The translations under genes were made by a program, and so were the position numbers. A DNA stretch of 63,776 nucleotides, the filler included, from Candidatus Ancaeobacter aquaticus (GTDB lineage Bacteria > Auribacterota > Ancaeobacteria > Ancaeobacterales > Ancaeobacteraceae), in the NCBI GenBank assembly GCA_030765405.1. It is 5 parts of 5 records of this genome, joined end to end, with 100 filler letters (N's around TTAATTAATTAA, not from the genome) between each part and the next. Parts side by side here need not be neighbours in the genome. Positions count along the whole stretch, not along the records: positions 1 to 13,152 come from JAVCCP010000038.1; 4 more parts are not named here. One strand, written 5' to 3'. Of this stretch, positions 1 through 8,296 are shown piece by piece. Within the stretch, counting starts at the first letter, position 1; the number at the start of each line of letters is the position of its first letter. The notes below the pieces were generated by a model, which saw only the letters and a list, made by a program, of their open reading frames with translations, was not told the origin of the DNA and did not search any database.

Positions 1-161
1 TCAGTTTTTATGTCAACATAATACTTCGAATCCAATGCGAATTTGCTCATACAAGGCGTTTACCACTAAAATATCGTAAATAGAATGACTTATGGTGAGC
101 TAAAATACTTTGTTGCGGAATTGCTGTATTCGAGTGCGAATCACAAAACACGAATTCCGAG

Positions 162-767
162 CTACGATACCGTTCTTACCACCATTTCAACTTTACCAAT
201 TATTTTAAAATCATCATTTTTCTCTACGATTATCGGTGTCATTGACTGATTTTCTGGTTTAAGAATGATATGATCGTTCTTTTTAAAGAATCTTTTCAGT
301 GTGACCTCTCCGTTTACCATTGCTACGATGATGTCACTATTTTCTGCGCATGGTTGAAACTTTATTAATACAAGGTCCCCATCATTTATGTAGGCATCGA
401 TCATGCTCTCGCCAGTTACTTTGAGTAAGAAGTAGTCTTTGTTTTCTGGTGAATGAGAAGGAAAAGAAAAGAATCCTTCTATATGTTCTTCTGAAAGAAT
501 CGGCCTTCCTGCTGCGACGCTGCCAATAATGGGTAGACCCTTTTTTTGAAGTGTATCTAGTAGTTTTATGCTTCGCGTTTTTTTAGCAGTGCGTTCTATA
601 TATCCTTTTTTTTCAAGTGCAAAGAGGTGTTTTTGCGCTGCTTTTGGACCGGTGAACCCTAAAAGATCTGCAAGCTCTCTTATTGTGGGGGGATATCCTG
701 CTTCATTTAAGAATTGTTTAATTATTGAAAGTACATTTTCTTGTTTTTTAGTGAGAGTAGGTTTCAT
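162..767 (-). CDS. lexA: SOS repressor LexA
   Basis: N-terminal wHTH (PPTIRELADLLG), Ala-Gly cleavage site (VAAG), S24 peptidase motifs GESM and VTLK. Confidence 0.95.
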   Translation of the reverse strand: MKPTLTKKQENVLSIIKQFLNEAGYPPTIRELADLLGFTGPKAAQKHLFALEKKGYIERTAKKTRSIKLLDTLQKKGLPIIGSVAAGRPILSEEHIEGFFSFPSHSPENKDYFLLKVTGESMIDAYINDGDLVLIKFQPCAENSDIIVAMVNGEVTLKRFFKKNDHIILKPENQSMTPIIVEKNDDFKIIGKVEMVVRTVS

Positions 768-785
768 GGTATCTCCTTTTTGTTG

Positions 786-809
786 TATGGTCTACAAATG
801 TAGACCATA
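786..809. promoter_or_regulatory. Perfect inverted repeat TATGGTCTACA-AA-TGTAGACCATA, candidate LexA operator
   Basis: 11-bp perfect arms starting about 19 bp upstream of the lexA start and covering the predicted -10 box. Confidence 0.7.
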
Positions 810-825
810 TGTGAAATTCCGTCAA
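797..825 (-). promoter_or_regulatory. sigma70-type lexA promoter TTGACG-17-TACATT
   Basis: Near-consensus -35 and -10 with 17-bp spacing on the minus strand. Confidence 0.65.
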
Positions 826-1162
826 GATAAAATATCAGCACACTAATAATAAATACATGATCCATTATGGAGCTAATGTCTCATAATAGAGCATTGTTTT
901 ATTGCTCAAAAGGATAGTGATGCTCGCTCTCATGTGCCTTGATAATGTAGACGGATTATATCCGGTGTATTTTTGTGTGGCTCCCATAGGGGAAATAGTC
1001 CTTTTAGACCTTGTAAAATAAAACGTTTTAAAATGATCGAAAACGGAGTATATACGGGGTAATTGGCATATATTGTGCTTATATGTAATCTATGACCACA
1101 CTTGTCTACACATTCATTCACGAGATAATCAATAGAAGCATTACTAAATCGGAGGAGCAGCA

Positions 1163-1540
1163 ATGATAAAGAAAGTTATAGCAATCGGGATCGTGTTTTT
1201 ATTATGTAGCGTACATCTCATAACTGCAAAGGAGCACACTATGAAAATGCATGTATCAGACCGTATGAGCACTACACCAGAAAATATTACCAAAGAGATA
1301 TTGGTGCAATTTACAGACTCAACTTCCCAAAATGAAGCCGAAGCGTTTTATAAACGATTAGGGTGCAGTCTTATTAAGTATTCTCAAAGATTTAACACCT
1401 ATCATTTAAAGATAGATAATAAAAGTTCTGTTGACGAAATAATTGAGTCGTTTAATAAAAAACCACAGGTAAAATGGGCTGAGCCAAATGTCTTCGTGCA
1501 TATAGAACCTCCTAAACCTATGTATGATGAGGAGAAATAA
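1163..1540 (+). CDS. Secreted stand-alone subtilase propeptide (I9/fervidolysin N-prodomain-like)
   Basis: Signal peptide, then EILVQF...VDEIIESFNKKPQVKWAEPN typical of S8 prodomains; stop overlaps next start (TAATG). Confidence 0.75.
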   Translation: MIKKVIAIGIVFLLCSVHLITAKEHTMKMHVSDRMSTTPENITKEILVQFTDSTSQNEAEAFYKRLGCSLIKYSQRFNTYHLKIDNKSSVDEIIESFNKKPQVKWAEPNVFVHIEPPKPMYDEEK

Positions 1541-4500
1541 TGAGCTATTTAAGAAAAAAATGTCTCTATGTTATTACCAGTATCGCGGTCGGTTTCATTA
1601 TACTGTATTCTCCTTCGTCCGATGTTTATGCCGGGAGCACGGATAATGAACCGGTAAAGATTGTTATAGTTGATAATTTTACGAATGAAGCAAATTTTGG
1701 CGGGTATATACATGGATTTACTGTACTTAATAATATGCTTAGAAGCATGGGTATTGATTATTCAGTACCTGCTGATACGCAAAACTACATTAGTTCGCAA
1801 AAATATGGTGATTTTACTGTATCGCTTCCGGGAGATCTTGGTAAAAAATATGAAATACACCTTGTTGGGATAAGTAATTATATGAGATTAAGCCATATTC
1901 AGAATGTATTTGAGCATGTAGCAAATTTAGATCCTCATTTGGTCAATTTCAGTGCCAGCATGACACGTTTTTCTACGATAGAAAATGTTATTAATAAAAT
2001 TTCTTCAGGTAATTCTCTCTTTGTCACATCAGGCGGGAACTCAGGATTAACAGGAACTTTTCCTGCATCAATGCCGAATGTAGTAGCTGTTGGGGCGACG
2101 ACAAGTGCCGGGTATCCGACATATTATACAAATATGAATCACATTGAGGGTTCCGAGTATGTGAAGGGTGCAGACTTTTTTGCAAATGGCGTGAGTAATG
2201 CCGGAGATGGCGGGCAAGGGACATCATATTCATCGCCTAAGATCGTTGGTGCGTTGGCTCTTATATTATCAAAGAACCCTGGCATAGATCTTACTGAAGC
2301 GAAACAATTACTCTCATTTTTGGGTAATCCCATTAACTCTAATACATATTGGAGTAAAACACAGGAGGAGCTAAAAAGAGAATTTACGGGGATGACGCGA
2401 TGGGTGCAGGCATCTTCAGAAAAACAGTTGTATGAAAATTATTTTAGTCAGATCGATACGTTGATTGGAGAAAAAGTAAAAATAACATTAGAAAATACCG
2501 TGTGTAACACATTGAATATTCCGTATGAACATGTTATGCACCTCATCTACGGAAATCAGTTCAGCTATTCCATTGATGCTGCAAGAGAAATAGTAAGTAT
2601 TGGGATCCCCGGTGCGACAATGGATTTTTCGGGTAGCAATTATTCAGTAGGAATAAGCGTATATAACGCATTGAGAGATGTAGCTTCATTTATACATACT
2701 GTGGGGTCTTACTATAATGAAGTAGATATGTTTTATATCAGTCAGTACATGAATTATATCAAAAAGCATGCTGAAGCTATTGGTCTTTTAGCTCAGAAGC
2801 GAGATGCGGTATTAGCCCAAGGAGATATTAATTATGGAAATGGAAATGTGATCGTAGAAAACGGTTCATTTATGCTTGATGTACGTATCAGTAATACTGA
2901 AGTTGCACGTGTCGTTCTTGAAAATCCTACAAAAGAAAATATCATGGCTCTAGAAGAGATCATGGAGCAAGCGCTGATTAATGATGATCCTGTTGCACTG
3001 GCGGTTTTAAGAGGAGGAAAATATCCACCCTCTGAGGATCTCGCTAAAGCTCTCCGGAGAAGAACTATTGAACGGCTGATAGAAAGCGGAGATATGGTAG
3101 ATATTGATGTGTACATGTCGGGCAGCTATATAGGGAAGATTCAGAGTTATGTGCACTACACATCCATAGATAATGCGATCTATTACATCACGAGAAACAA
3201 CATACACTATACGATAGATGCGTATGGAAAGATCCGTATGACTGAATACGATGAAATCGTCAGAGAATATGAGACAGGGAAAATTCTTGAGACAGTATAT
3301 GTGAGAGAAGCTGAGTATAATATTTCAGATACTCTGATAAGTTATAAGAAAATCACAACGGTAGTTGATATGGGTGCCGGGAATTTGATTAGAACCTTGC
3401 TTGTGGTGGAAAACGGTGAAAAAGTTTCAGAAGTAACAACATATTTAGATAAGGATGGAAATGAAATTGCTTCATATGTAGGTGGTAGAGAAGAAGCTGC
3501 TGCAAAGAAGGTAGAAGAAGAAGCCGCAGCGAAGAAAGCTACAGAGGAAGCGGCATTAGCGAAGAAAGCCGCTGAAGAATCTGTAGCGAAGAAGGCTGCA
3601 GAAGAGTCAGCAGCAAAGAAGGCCGCCGAAGAAGCTACTATAAAGAAGGCGGAAGAAGAAGCCGCAAAGAAAGCTGCAGAGGAAGCAACTGCAGCAAAGA
3701 AGGCAGCAGAAGAGGTGGTCGCAAAGAAGGCCGCAGAAGAGGTAGCAGCGAAGAAAGCCGCGGAAGAGGCTGTGGGCAAAAAAGCCGCAGAAGAGGTTGC
3801 AGCAAAGAAAGCGGCAGAAGAAGCTGCAGCGAAGAAAGCAGCTGAAGAAGCCGCAGTGAAGAAAGCTGCAGAAGAGGTAGCAGCAAAGAAGGCCGCAGAA
3901 GAAGCCGCAGCGAAGAAAGCAGCTGAAGAAGCTGCAGCGAAGAAGGCCGCTGAAGAAGCTGCAGCGAAGAAGGCCGCAGAAGAGGTGGCCGCAAAGAAGG
4001 CCGCAGAAGAATCTGTAGCGAAGAAGGCCGCAGAAGAGGTGGCAGCAAAGAAGGCCGCCGAAGAAGCTACTATAAAGAAGGCGGAAGAAGAAGCCGCAAA
4101 GAAAGCTGCAGAGGAAGCAACTGCAGCAAAGAAGGCAGCAGAAGAGGTGGCCGCAAAGAAGGCCGCGGAAGAGGCAGTGGGCAAAAAAGCCGCAGAAGAG
4201 GTTGCAGCAAAGAAGGCAGCCGAAGAAGCCGCGAAGAAAGCAGCTGAAGAATCTGCAGCAAAGAAGACTGCAGAAGATTTGATAGCGAAGAAAGCAGCTG
4301 AAGAAGCTGTTGCAAAAAGAAAAGCAGAAGAAGCAGAAACCGCAGCTAAGAAGACCGCTGAAGAAGTAGCTGAAAAAGAAGAAGTGGCAAAGAAGGCCGC
4401 AGAAGAAGCAGCTAAAAAAGAAGAAGTGGCAAAGAAGGCCGCAGAAGAAGCAGCTGAAAAAGAAGCTGCAGCAAAGAAGACTGCAGAAGAATCTACAGCA

Positions 4501-5094
4501 AAAGAGGCAGCCGCAAAGAAATCCGCTGAAGAAGCAGCTGAAAAAGAAGCAGCAAAGAAATCCGCTGAAGAGGTAGCTCGCAAGAAAGAAGCTGAGAAAT
4601 CTGCAGCTAAGAAAGCTGCAGAAGAAGCAGCGGCAAAGAAAGCAGCTGAAAAAGAGGCTTCGAGTAAGAAAACAGAAGAAAAGGCTGCTCAAGAAGAAAC
4701 CAAAAAATCGACAGCGACAATATACAAACAAAAGAATATCCATAGCATTACGCCAATAGAAAAGAAAGCAGCCGCAGCGCTCAGGACATTAAGAAGCATT
4801 AACAGAGAAAACACGCTTAAAAGAACGCAACAGCTCAATTCAAGTGAAACAGCAGTGATTGCTCGGGAGACACTCCTTCGCGGATTGGAGAAGCTGAAAA
4901 AATTAACCAGTCAAATTGAAGATTCTATAGAATACTCTGTGCGTCAAATGAAGGCTATTGATAATGCAATAACAGAATCAAAAAGATTTATTCTGCTTAA
5001 ACAGCACAACAGGATTGATAACAGGTCTTACGAGAGACCGTTTACTAAAAGCAGGGCGTATAAAATGTGGGAAACAATAAACGGGTATAAATAA
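1540..5094 (+). CDS. Secreted S8 (subtilisin-like) serine peptidase with long AAKKAAEE repeat region
   Basis: Own signal peptide; triad motifs IVIVDN (Asp), HGFTV (His), GTSYSSP (Ser), oxyanion SGGNSG, FPAS..NVVAVGA; Ala/Lys/Glu repeat in the C-terminal half. Confidence 0.85.
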   Translation: MSYLRKKCLYVITSIAVGFIILYSPSSDVYAGSTDNEPVKIVIVDNFTNEANFGGYIHGFTVLNNMLRSMGIDYSVPADTQNYISSQKYGDFTVSLPGDLGKKYEIHLVGISNYMRLSHIQNVFEHVANLDPHLVNFSASMTRFSTIENVINKISSGNSLFVTSGGNSGLTGTFPASMPNVVAVGATTSAGYPTYYTNMNHIEGSEYVKGADFFANGVSNAGDGGQGTSYSSPKIVGALALILSKNPGIDLTEAKQLLSFLGNPINSNTYWSKTQEELKREFTGMTRWVQASSEKQLYENYFSQIDTLIGEKVKITLENTVCNTLNIPYEHVMHLIYGNQFSYSIDAAREIVSIGIPGATMDFSGSNYSVGISVYNALRDVASFIHTVGSYYNEVDMFYISQYMNYIKKHAEAIGLLAQKRDAVLAQGDINYGNGNVIVENGSFMLDVRISNTEVARVVLENPTKENIMALEEIMEQALINDDPVALAVLRGGKYPPSEDLAKALRRRTIERLIESGDMVDIDVYMSGSYIGKIQSYVHYTSIDNAIYYITRNNIHYTIDAYGKIRMTEYDEIVREYETGKILETVYVREAEYNISDTLISYKKITTVVDMGAGNLIRTLLVVENGEKVSEVTTYLDKDGNEIASYVGGREEAAAKKVEEEAAAKKATEEAALAKKAAEESVAKKAAEESAAKKAAEEATIKKAEEEAAKKAAEEATAAKKAAEEVVAKKAAEEVAAKKAAEEAVGKKAAEEVAAKKAAEEAAAKKAAEEAAVKKAAEEVAAKKAAEEAAAKKAAEEAAAKKAAEEAAAKKAAEEVAAKKAAEESVAKKAAEEVAAKKAAEEATIKKAEEEAAKKAAEEATAAKKAAEEVAAKKAAEEAVGKKAAEEVAAKKAAEEAAKKAAEESAAKKTAEDLIAKKAAEEAVAKRKAEEAETAAKKTAEEVAEKEEVAKKAAEEAAKKEEVAKKAAEEAAEKEAAAKKTAEESTAKEAAAKKSAEEAAEKEAAKKSAEEVARKKEAEKSAAKKAAEEAAAKKAAEKEASSKKTEEKAAQEETKKSTATIYKQKNIHSITPIEKKAAAALRTLRSINRENTLKRTQQLNSSETAVIARETLLRGLEKLKKLTSQIEDSIEYSVRQMKAIDNAITESKRFILLKQHNRIDNRSYERPFTKSRAYKMWETINGYK
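3490..4700 (+). repeat. Intragenic 24-nt / 8-aa tandem repeat (AAKKAAEE)n
   Basis: Visible directly in the DNA and the translation; degenerate towards the 3' end. Confidence 0.95.
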
Positions 5095-5105
5095 GACACA
5101 CAAAG

Positions 5106-5153
5106 AAATAGGACAGATCAAAAGTAGTCAATAAAAAGGTCTGTCCTATTTTT
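5106..5153 (+). terminator. Putative intrinsic terminator after the S8 gene
   Basis: AAATAGGACAGAT...GTCTGTCCTATTT stem followed by a T run. Confidence 0.55.
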
Positions 5154-5177
5154 ATATATAAAAACACCCCTGCCACC

Positions 5178-5206
5178 TTGACAAAGCGTGTTTTAGCAGG
5201 TAGAAT
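5178..5206 (+). promoter_or_regulatory. sigma70 promoter TTGACA-17-TAGAAT
   Basis: Near-perfect consensus 27 bp before the 974-aa ORF start. Confidence 0.75.
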
Positions 5207-5233
5207 GGGGAAAAGAAAGGATGGTATTTCTAT

Positions 5234-8158
5234 ATGAAAACTAAAAACATTTTCACTTTATTTATTTGTACACTTATATTGTCTCTATCGGCTACATGTG
5301 TATATGCGGCGGAGGAAGCCAGTAGTGGTCCCGCAACAGGAAAACCTACAGGATCTGGTGATTCGTTACCCGCGACACTCGGTCAGGCTGTAACTGCTTC
5401 ACCATCTCAAATTGTATCGAAACTGTATGTCCCTGAGATGTATGGAACAGTTGAAGAAGTGTTTAAAGGAACGGATGATAAGTTAGTTATTAATATTCAG
5501 GATGCGCATACTGATTCTAAGGCACAGGAGAGCATTTCAGGAATGCTGGGGAAGTTGCTCTATAACTATGATGTTGACTCTGTGTGGATTGAAGGGGCAA
5601 GTGGCGTTGTAGATACCTCTCTCATGAAGTCATTTCCTGCTCCGAAAGTGAAGAAGTCTTTATCTATCAATTATCGTGACAGAGGAATAATAAGCGGGGC
5701 GGAGTATTTTTCTATTAATTCTAAAGAAATGGTTCATCTCTTCGGGGCTGAAAGTGCCCGGATTTATGATGAAAATGTTAAAGAATTTAAAAAAGTATGG
5801 GCCAATCATACTGCGGTTAGAAATGTGCTTGGTGAGATGAACGCTAAGGTAAGTGTTCTTAAAAATAAAGCATATTCAAAAGCCCTAAAAGAGCTTGACG
5901 CAAAAAAGAACGTATTTAAAGAGGGCGATATCTCATTTACTGCATATTGCGACTATCTCAAAAATCAATGCAAGCAAAATGGTATTGATCTTAAGAAATA
6001 TTCAGAGTTTGGTCGTTTACTATCTCTTATGCAGCTTGAGAAAGAGGTTGATTTTACGAAAGTTGGAACTGAAAGAATTAGTCTTATTGAAGATTTATCA
6101 GAAAATCTTAATCGCCAGAAACTAACTGAACTGACACAGTTGTCTTTGCTTTTTAGACTTGGAAATATTTCTCCAGTTGATTTTTATAATAGAATCCATG
6201 TTTTGGCGAAGATGTCAAATATTGATCTTAATAATTATCCTTCTTTGAAAAAATATATCAAATATTTGGATGTGTCCAAGAGTATTAGCCGAACGAAGGT
6301 TAACACTCAGCGTGAAAAGATCGAAAGTGCACTTTTTGACAGGTTATCTTCTACACCCCTTGTTCGTGCCGTTAATGAATTAGATACTGATTTTACCGTT
6401 ATGTCTAAGTTCCTGAATTTAAAGCTTTCGCGGAAGGATTACGATTATTATCTGAAGCATAAAGCAAACTGTTCGCCTCAGAATATAAAGCAAAAAATTA
6501 ACGATCTATTAGTTAAAAATGGTCTCTCAACTACAGCAGTCACTTTTAATCAGGATATATCGCCTTCAGTAGATCATGCGGGGCGTTTTTATGCACTGGC
6601 TGTAAAAAGAGATGGTGAACTTGTCCGTCATTTACTTGCAGGTATGAGTGAGACAGGGAAGGAAAGGGCTGTACTTGTTGCCGGAGGGTTTCATACAGAA
6701 GGAATTAAAAGACTTTTGAAATCAAAAGGTATATCCTATGCGGTTATTTTACCTAAAGTGGGTAAATCGTTTGATGAAGAAAGATATGTATCGTTGCTTT
6801 TACGTACAGAAACGCCGTTTCTTAATTATTATAAAAAGAAAAACCCTCCCGATGCATTACCCGGATCGATTGGAATGATTTCGCTTGGAAGTAGGACTGA
6901 TGCGGTTTTAGCGCCATCGAGTCCATTTGAAGATAATAAGAAAGGAATTAATTTTAAATATGGGAATCTTACTGATCTTCCTTCTGGAGCGGTAGCTACT
7001 GATGAAATGAGTTCTGAAGAAATAGTTCCAGAGTGGACAAAAAAACTTAAGGAACTTATTAAGAAAGCATCACCTATTGAAAAGGGTGTTTTTAGTGGTA
7101 ATGTTTCAAAAATAGATGGTATTGGTGAAGTCTATATGCCACTCAGATTAAACGATGATGAGATATTTGTTCCTGTTGTTATCGATAGAGTGTCTGTCAT
7201 CATAAAATTTTATAAAGAAGGCAAAGCACCAGTCATTCCACAAGATTTAATGATTGGAGCTCCGAATGATGTTTTAGGCTACATGGCTCAAGCAATCACA
7301 CCGGCTGGTTTCGCACAAGTGATATTGACCAGTAATGTACTTGTTGCCCCAGAGGGAACCTATGCAGTCTCTCCATCATATGCAGCAAAGTATATGGCAA
7401 GCATGTCATCTGAGATTAAAGATGGCTTGACATCTACGATTGCATCCAATGTTTTGAAGGCAGACAACATTTTCTGTAACTTGCCGTTTCCAGAAGGAAA
7501 AGAAACCGGAAAGATTAAAGTCATGGTGATTGACATAGATGAATTTGAAACCATGGTTGGGTTGACATTGCATCTTAAGGAACTGAAAGAAGTGGATAAA
7601 GATCAGAAAGTTGTCCTTGTGACAGAAGATCCTGATCCGAAAAAACTTATGGATACACATAAATTATCAAAAGCTGTTCATTATGACGAAATCGTACAGG
7701 TCAAGAAAGATGCGGTTGATCAGGCGGGCGTAATTATTGAAAAAATAAAGAGCGCGTTTCCTGAGATTGAAAAACAGGAAAATTATAGAAAACAAGACGT
7801 AGTCTTTGTTTCACCGAATACAAAGCGGTATGGAAAAGTAGAGAATAATAAAATCAATGAGACGCCGATAGTGATCCCGGATGTTAAACCTGCTGATGAT
7901 GAATATGTCTCATCCCGGCAAATATTCTTATGTGCAAAATTAATTCTTGAGAATGATGGAGACATTCAAGCGCTTGTTGCTGCAATACTCAAAGAGCCGA
8001 GTGATTATCCGAAGCTAAAGAAGTTTTTTGCTGAGCAGGGCATCCCTGATGAGGATGTCAAAAATGTAATCTACAAACCTCGACCGGTTAAGGTTCCTGC
8101 TGATAATAATATCGACGAGGAAATACGTGGATATATTAATGTGCAGAAAGCTGCATAA
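5234..8158 (+). CDS. Large secreted protein: TIKI/TraB/ChaN-like domain + LAPxSxF module + degenerate HAD-like C-terminal domain
   Basis: Signal peptide; motifs VINIQDAH, WIEGA, KRDGELV, AVLVAGGFH; LAPSSPF at about aa 559; KIKVMVIDID near the C-terminus; function inferred. Confidence 0.6.
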   Translation: MKTKNIFTLFICTLILSLSATCVYAAEEASSGPATGKPTGSGDSLPATLGQAVTASPSQIVSKLYVPEMYGTVEEVFKGTDDKLVINIQDAHTDSKAQESISGMLGKLLYNYDVDSVWIEGASGVVDTSLMKSFPAPKVKKSLSINYRDRGIISGAEYFSINSKEMVHLFGAESARIYDENVKEFKKVWANHTAVRNVLGEMNAKVSVLKNKAYSKALKELDAKKNVFKEGDISFTAYCDYLKNQCKQNGIDLKKYSEFGRLLSLMQLEKEVDFTKVGTERISLIEDLSENLNRQKLTELTQLSLLFRLGNISPVDFYNRIHVLAKMSNIDLNNYPSLKKYIKYLDVSKSISRTKVNTQREKIESALFDRLSSTPLVRAVNELDTDFTVMSKFLNLKLSRKDYDYYLKHKANCSPQNIKQKINDLLVKNGLSTTAVTFNQDISPSVDHAGRFYALAVKRDGELVRHLLAGMSETGKERAVLVAGGFHTEGIKRLLKSKGISYAVILPKVGKSFDEERYVSLLLRTETPFLNYYKKKNPPDALPGSIGMISLGSRTDAVLAPSSPFEDNKKGINFKYGNLTDLPSGAVATDEMSSEEIVPEWTKKLKELIKKASPIEKGVFSGNVSKIDGIGEVYMPLRLNDDEIFVPVVIDRVSVIIKFYKEGKAPVIPQDLMIGAPNDVLGYMAQAITPAGFAQVILTSNVLVAPEGTYAVSPSYAAKYMASMSSEIKDGLTSTIASNVLKADNIFCNLPFPEGKETGKIKVMVIDIDEFETMVGLTLHLKELKEVDKDQKVVLVTEDPDPKKLMDTHKLSKAVHYDEIVQVKKDAVDQAGVIIEKIKSAFPEIEKQENYRKQDVVFVSPNTKRYGKVENNKINETPIVIPDVKPADDEYVSSRQIFLCAKLILENDGDIQALVAAILKEPSDYPKLKKFFAEQGIPDEDVKNVIYKPRPVKVPADNNIDEEIRGYINVQKAA

Positions 8159-8181
8159 TAGTTTTCTAAGCATGTTTCAAA

Positions 8182-8220
8182 TAAAAAAGGGTGGTATATA
8201 TCTTATACCACCCTTTTTTA
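8182..8220. terminator. Intrinsic (bidirectional-type) terminator
   Basis: Perfect 17-bp stem TAAAAAAGGGTGGTATA-TATCT-TATACCACCCTTTTTTA. Confidence 0.85.
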
Positions 8221-8296
8221 TTTACGATGGGGGAGTATTTCACTATAATGTGTAGAGTAAATTTCAATAGACTAATCTACTAGAAAACGTATATAT

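Noticed and set aside
568..1163. ORFs 568-846 (+) and 930-1163 (-)
   Set aside because: The first is antisense to lexA; the second occupies the divergent promoter region with no protein features.
3490..4700. 24-nt periodic repeat as a possible CRISPR array
   Set aside because: No unique spacers, it is in frame within a CDS, and there are no cas genes.
3342..4743. Long minus-strand ORFs (413 aa, 378 aa and shorter)
   Set aside because: Antisense shadows of the AAKKAAEE repeat; low-complexity Ala/Phe/Ser or Cys/Phe/Leu translations with no plausible function.
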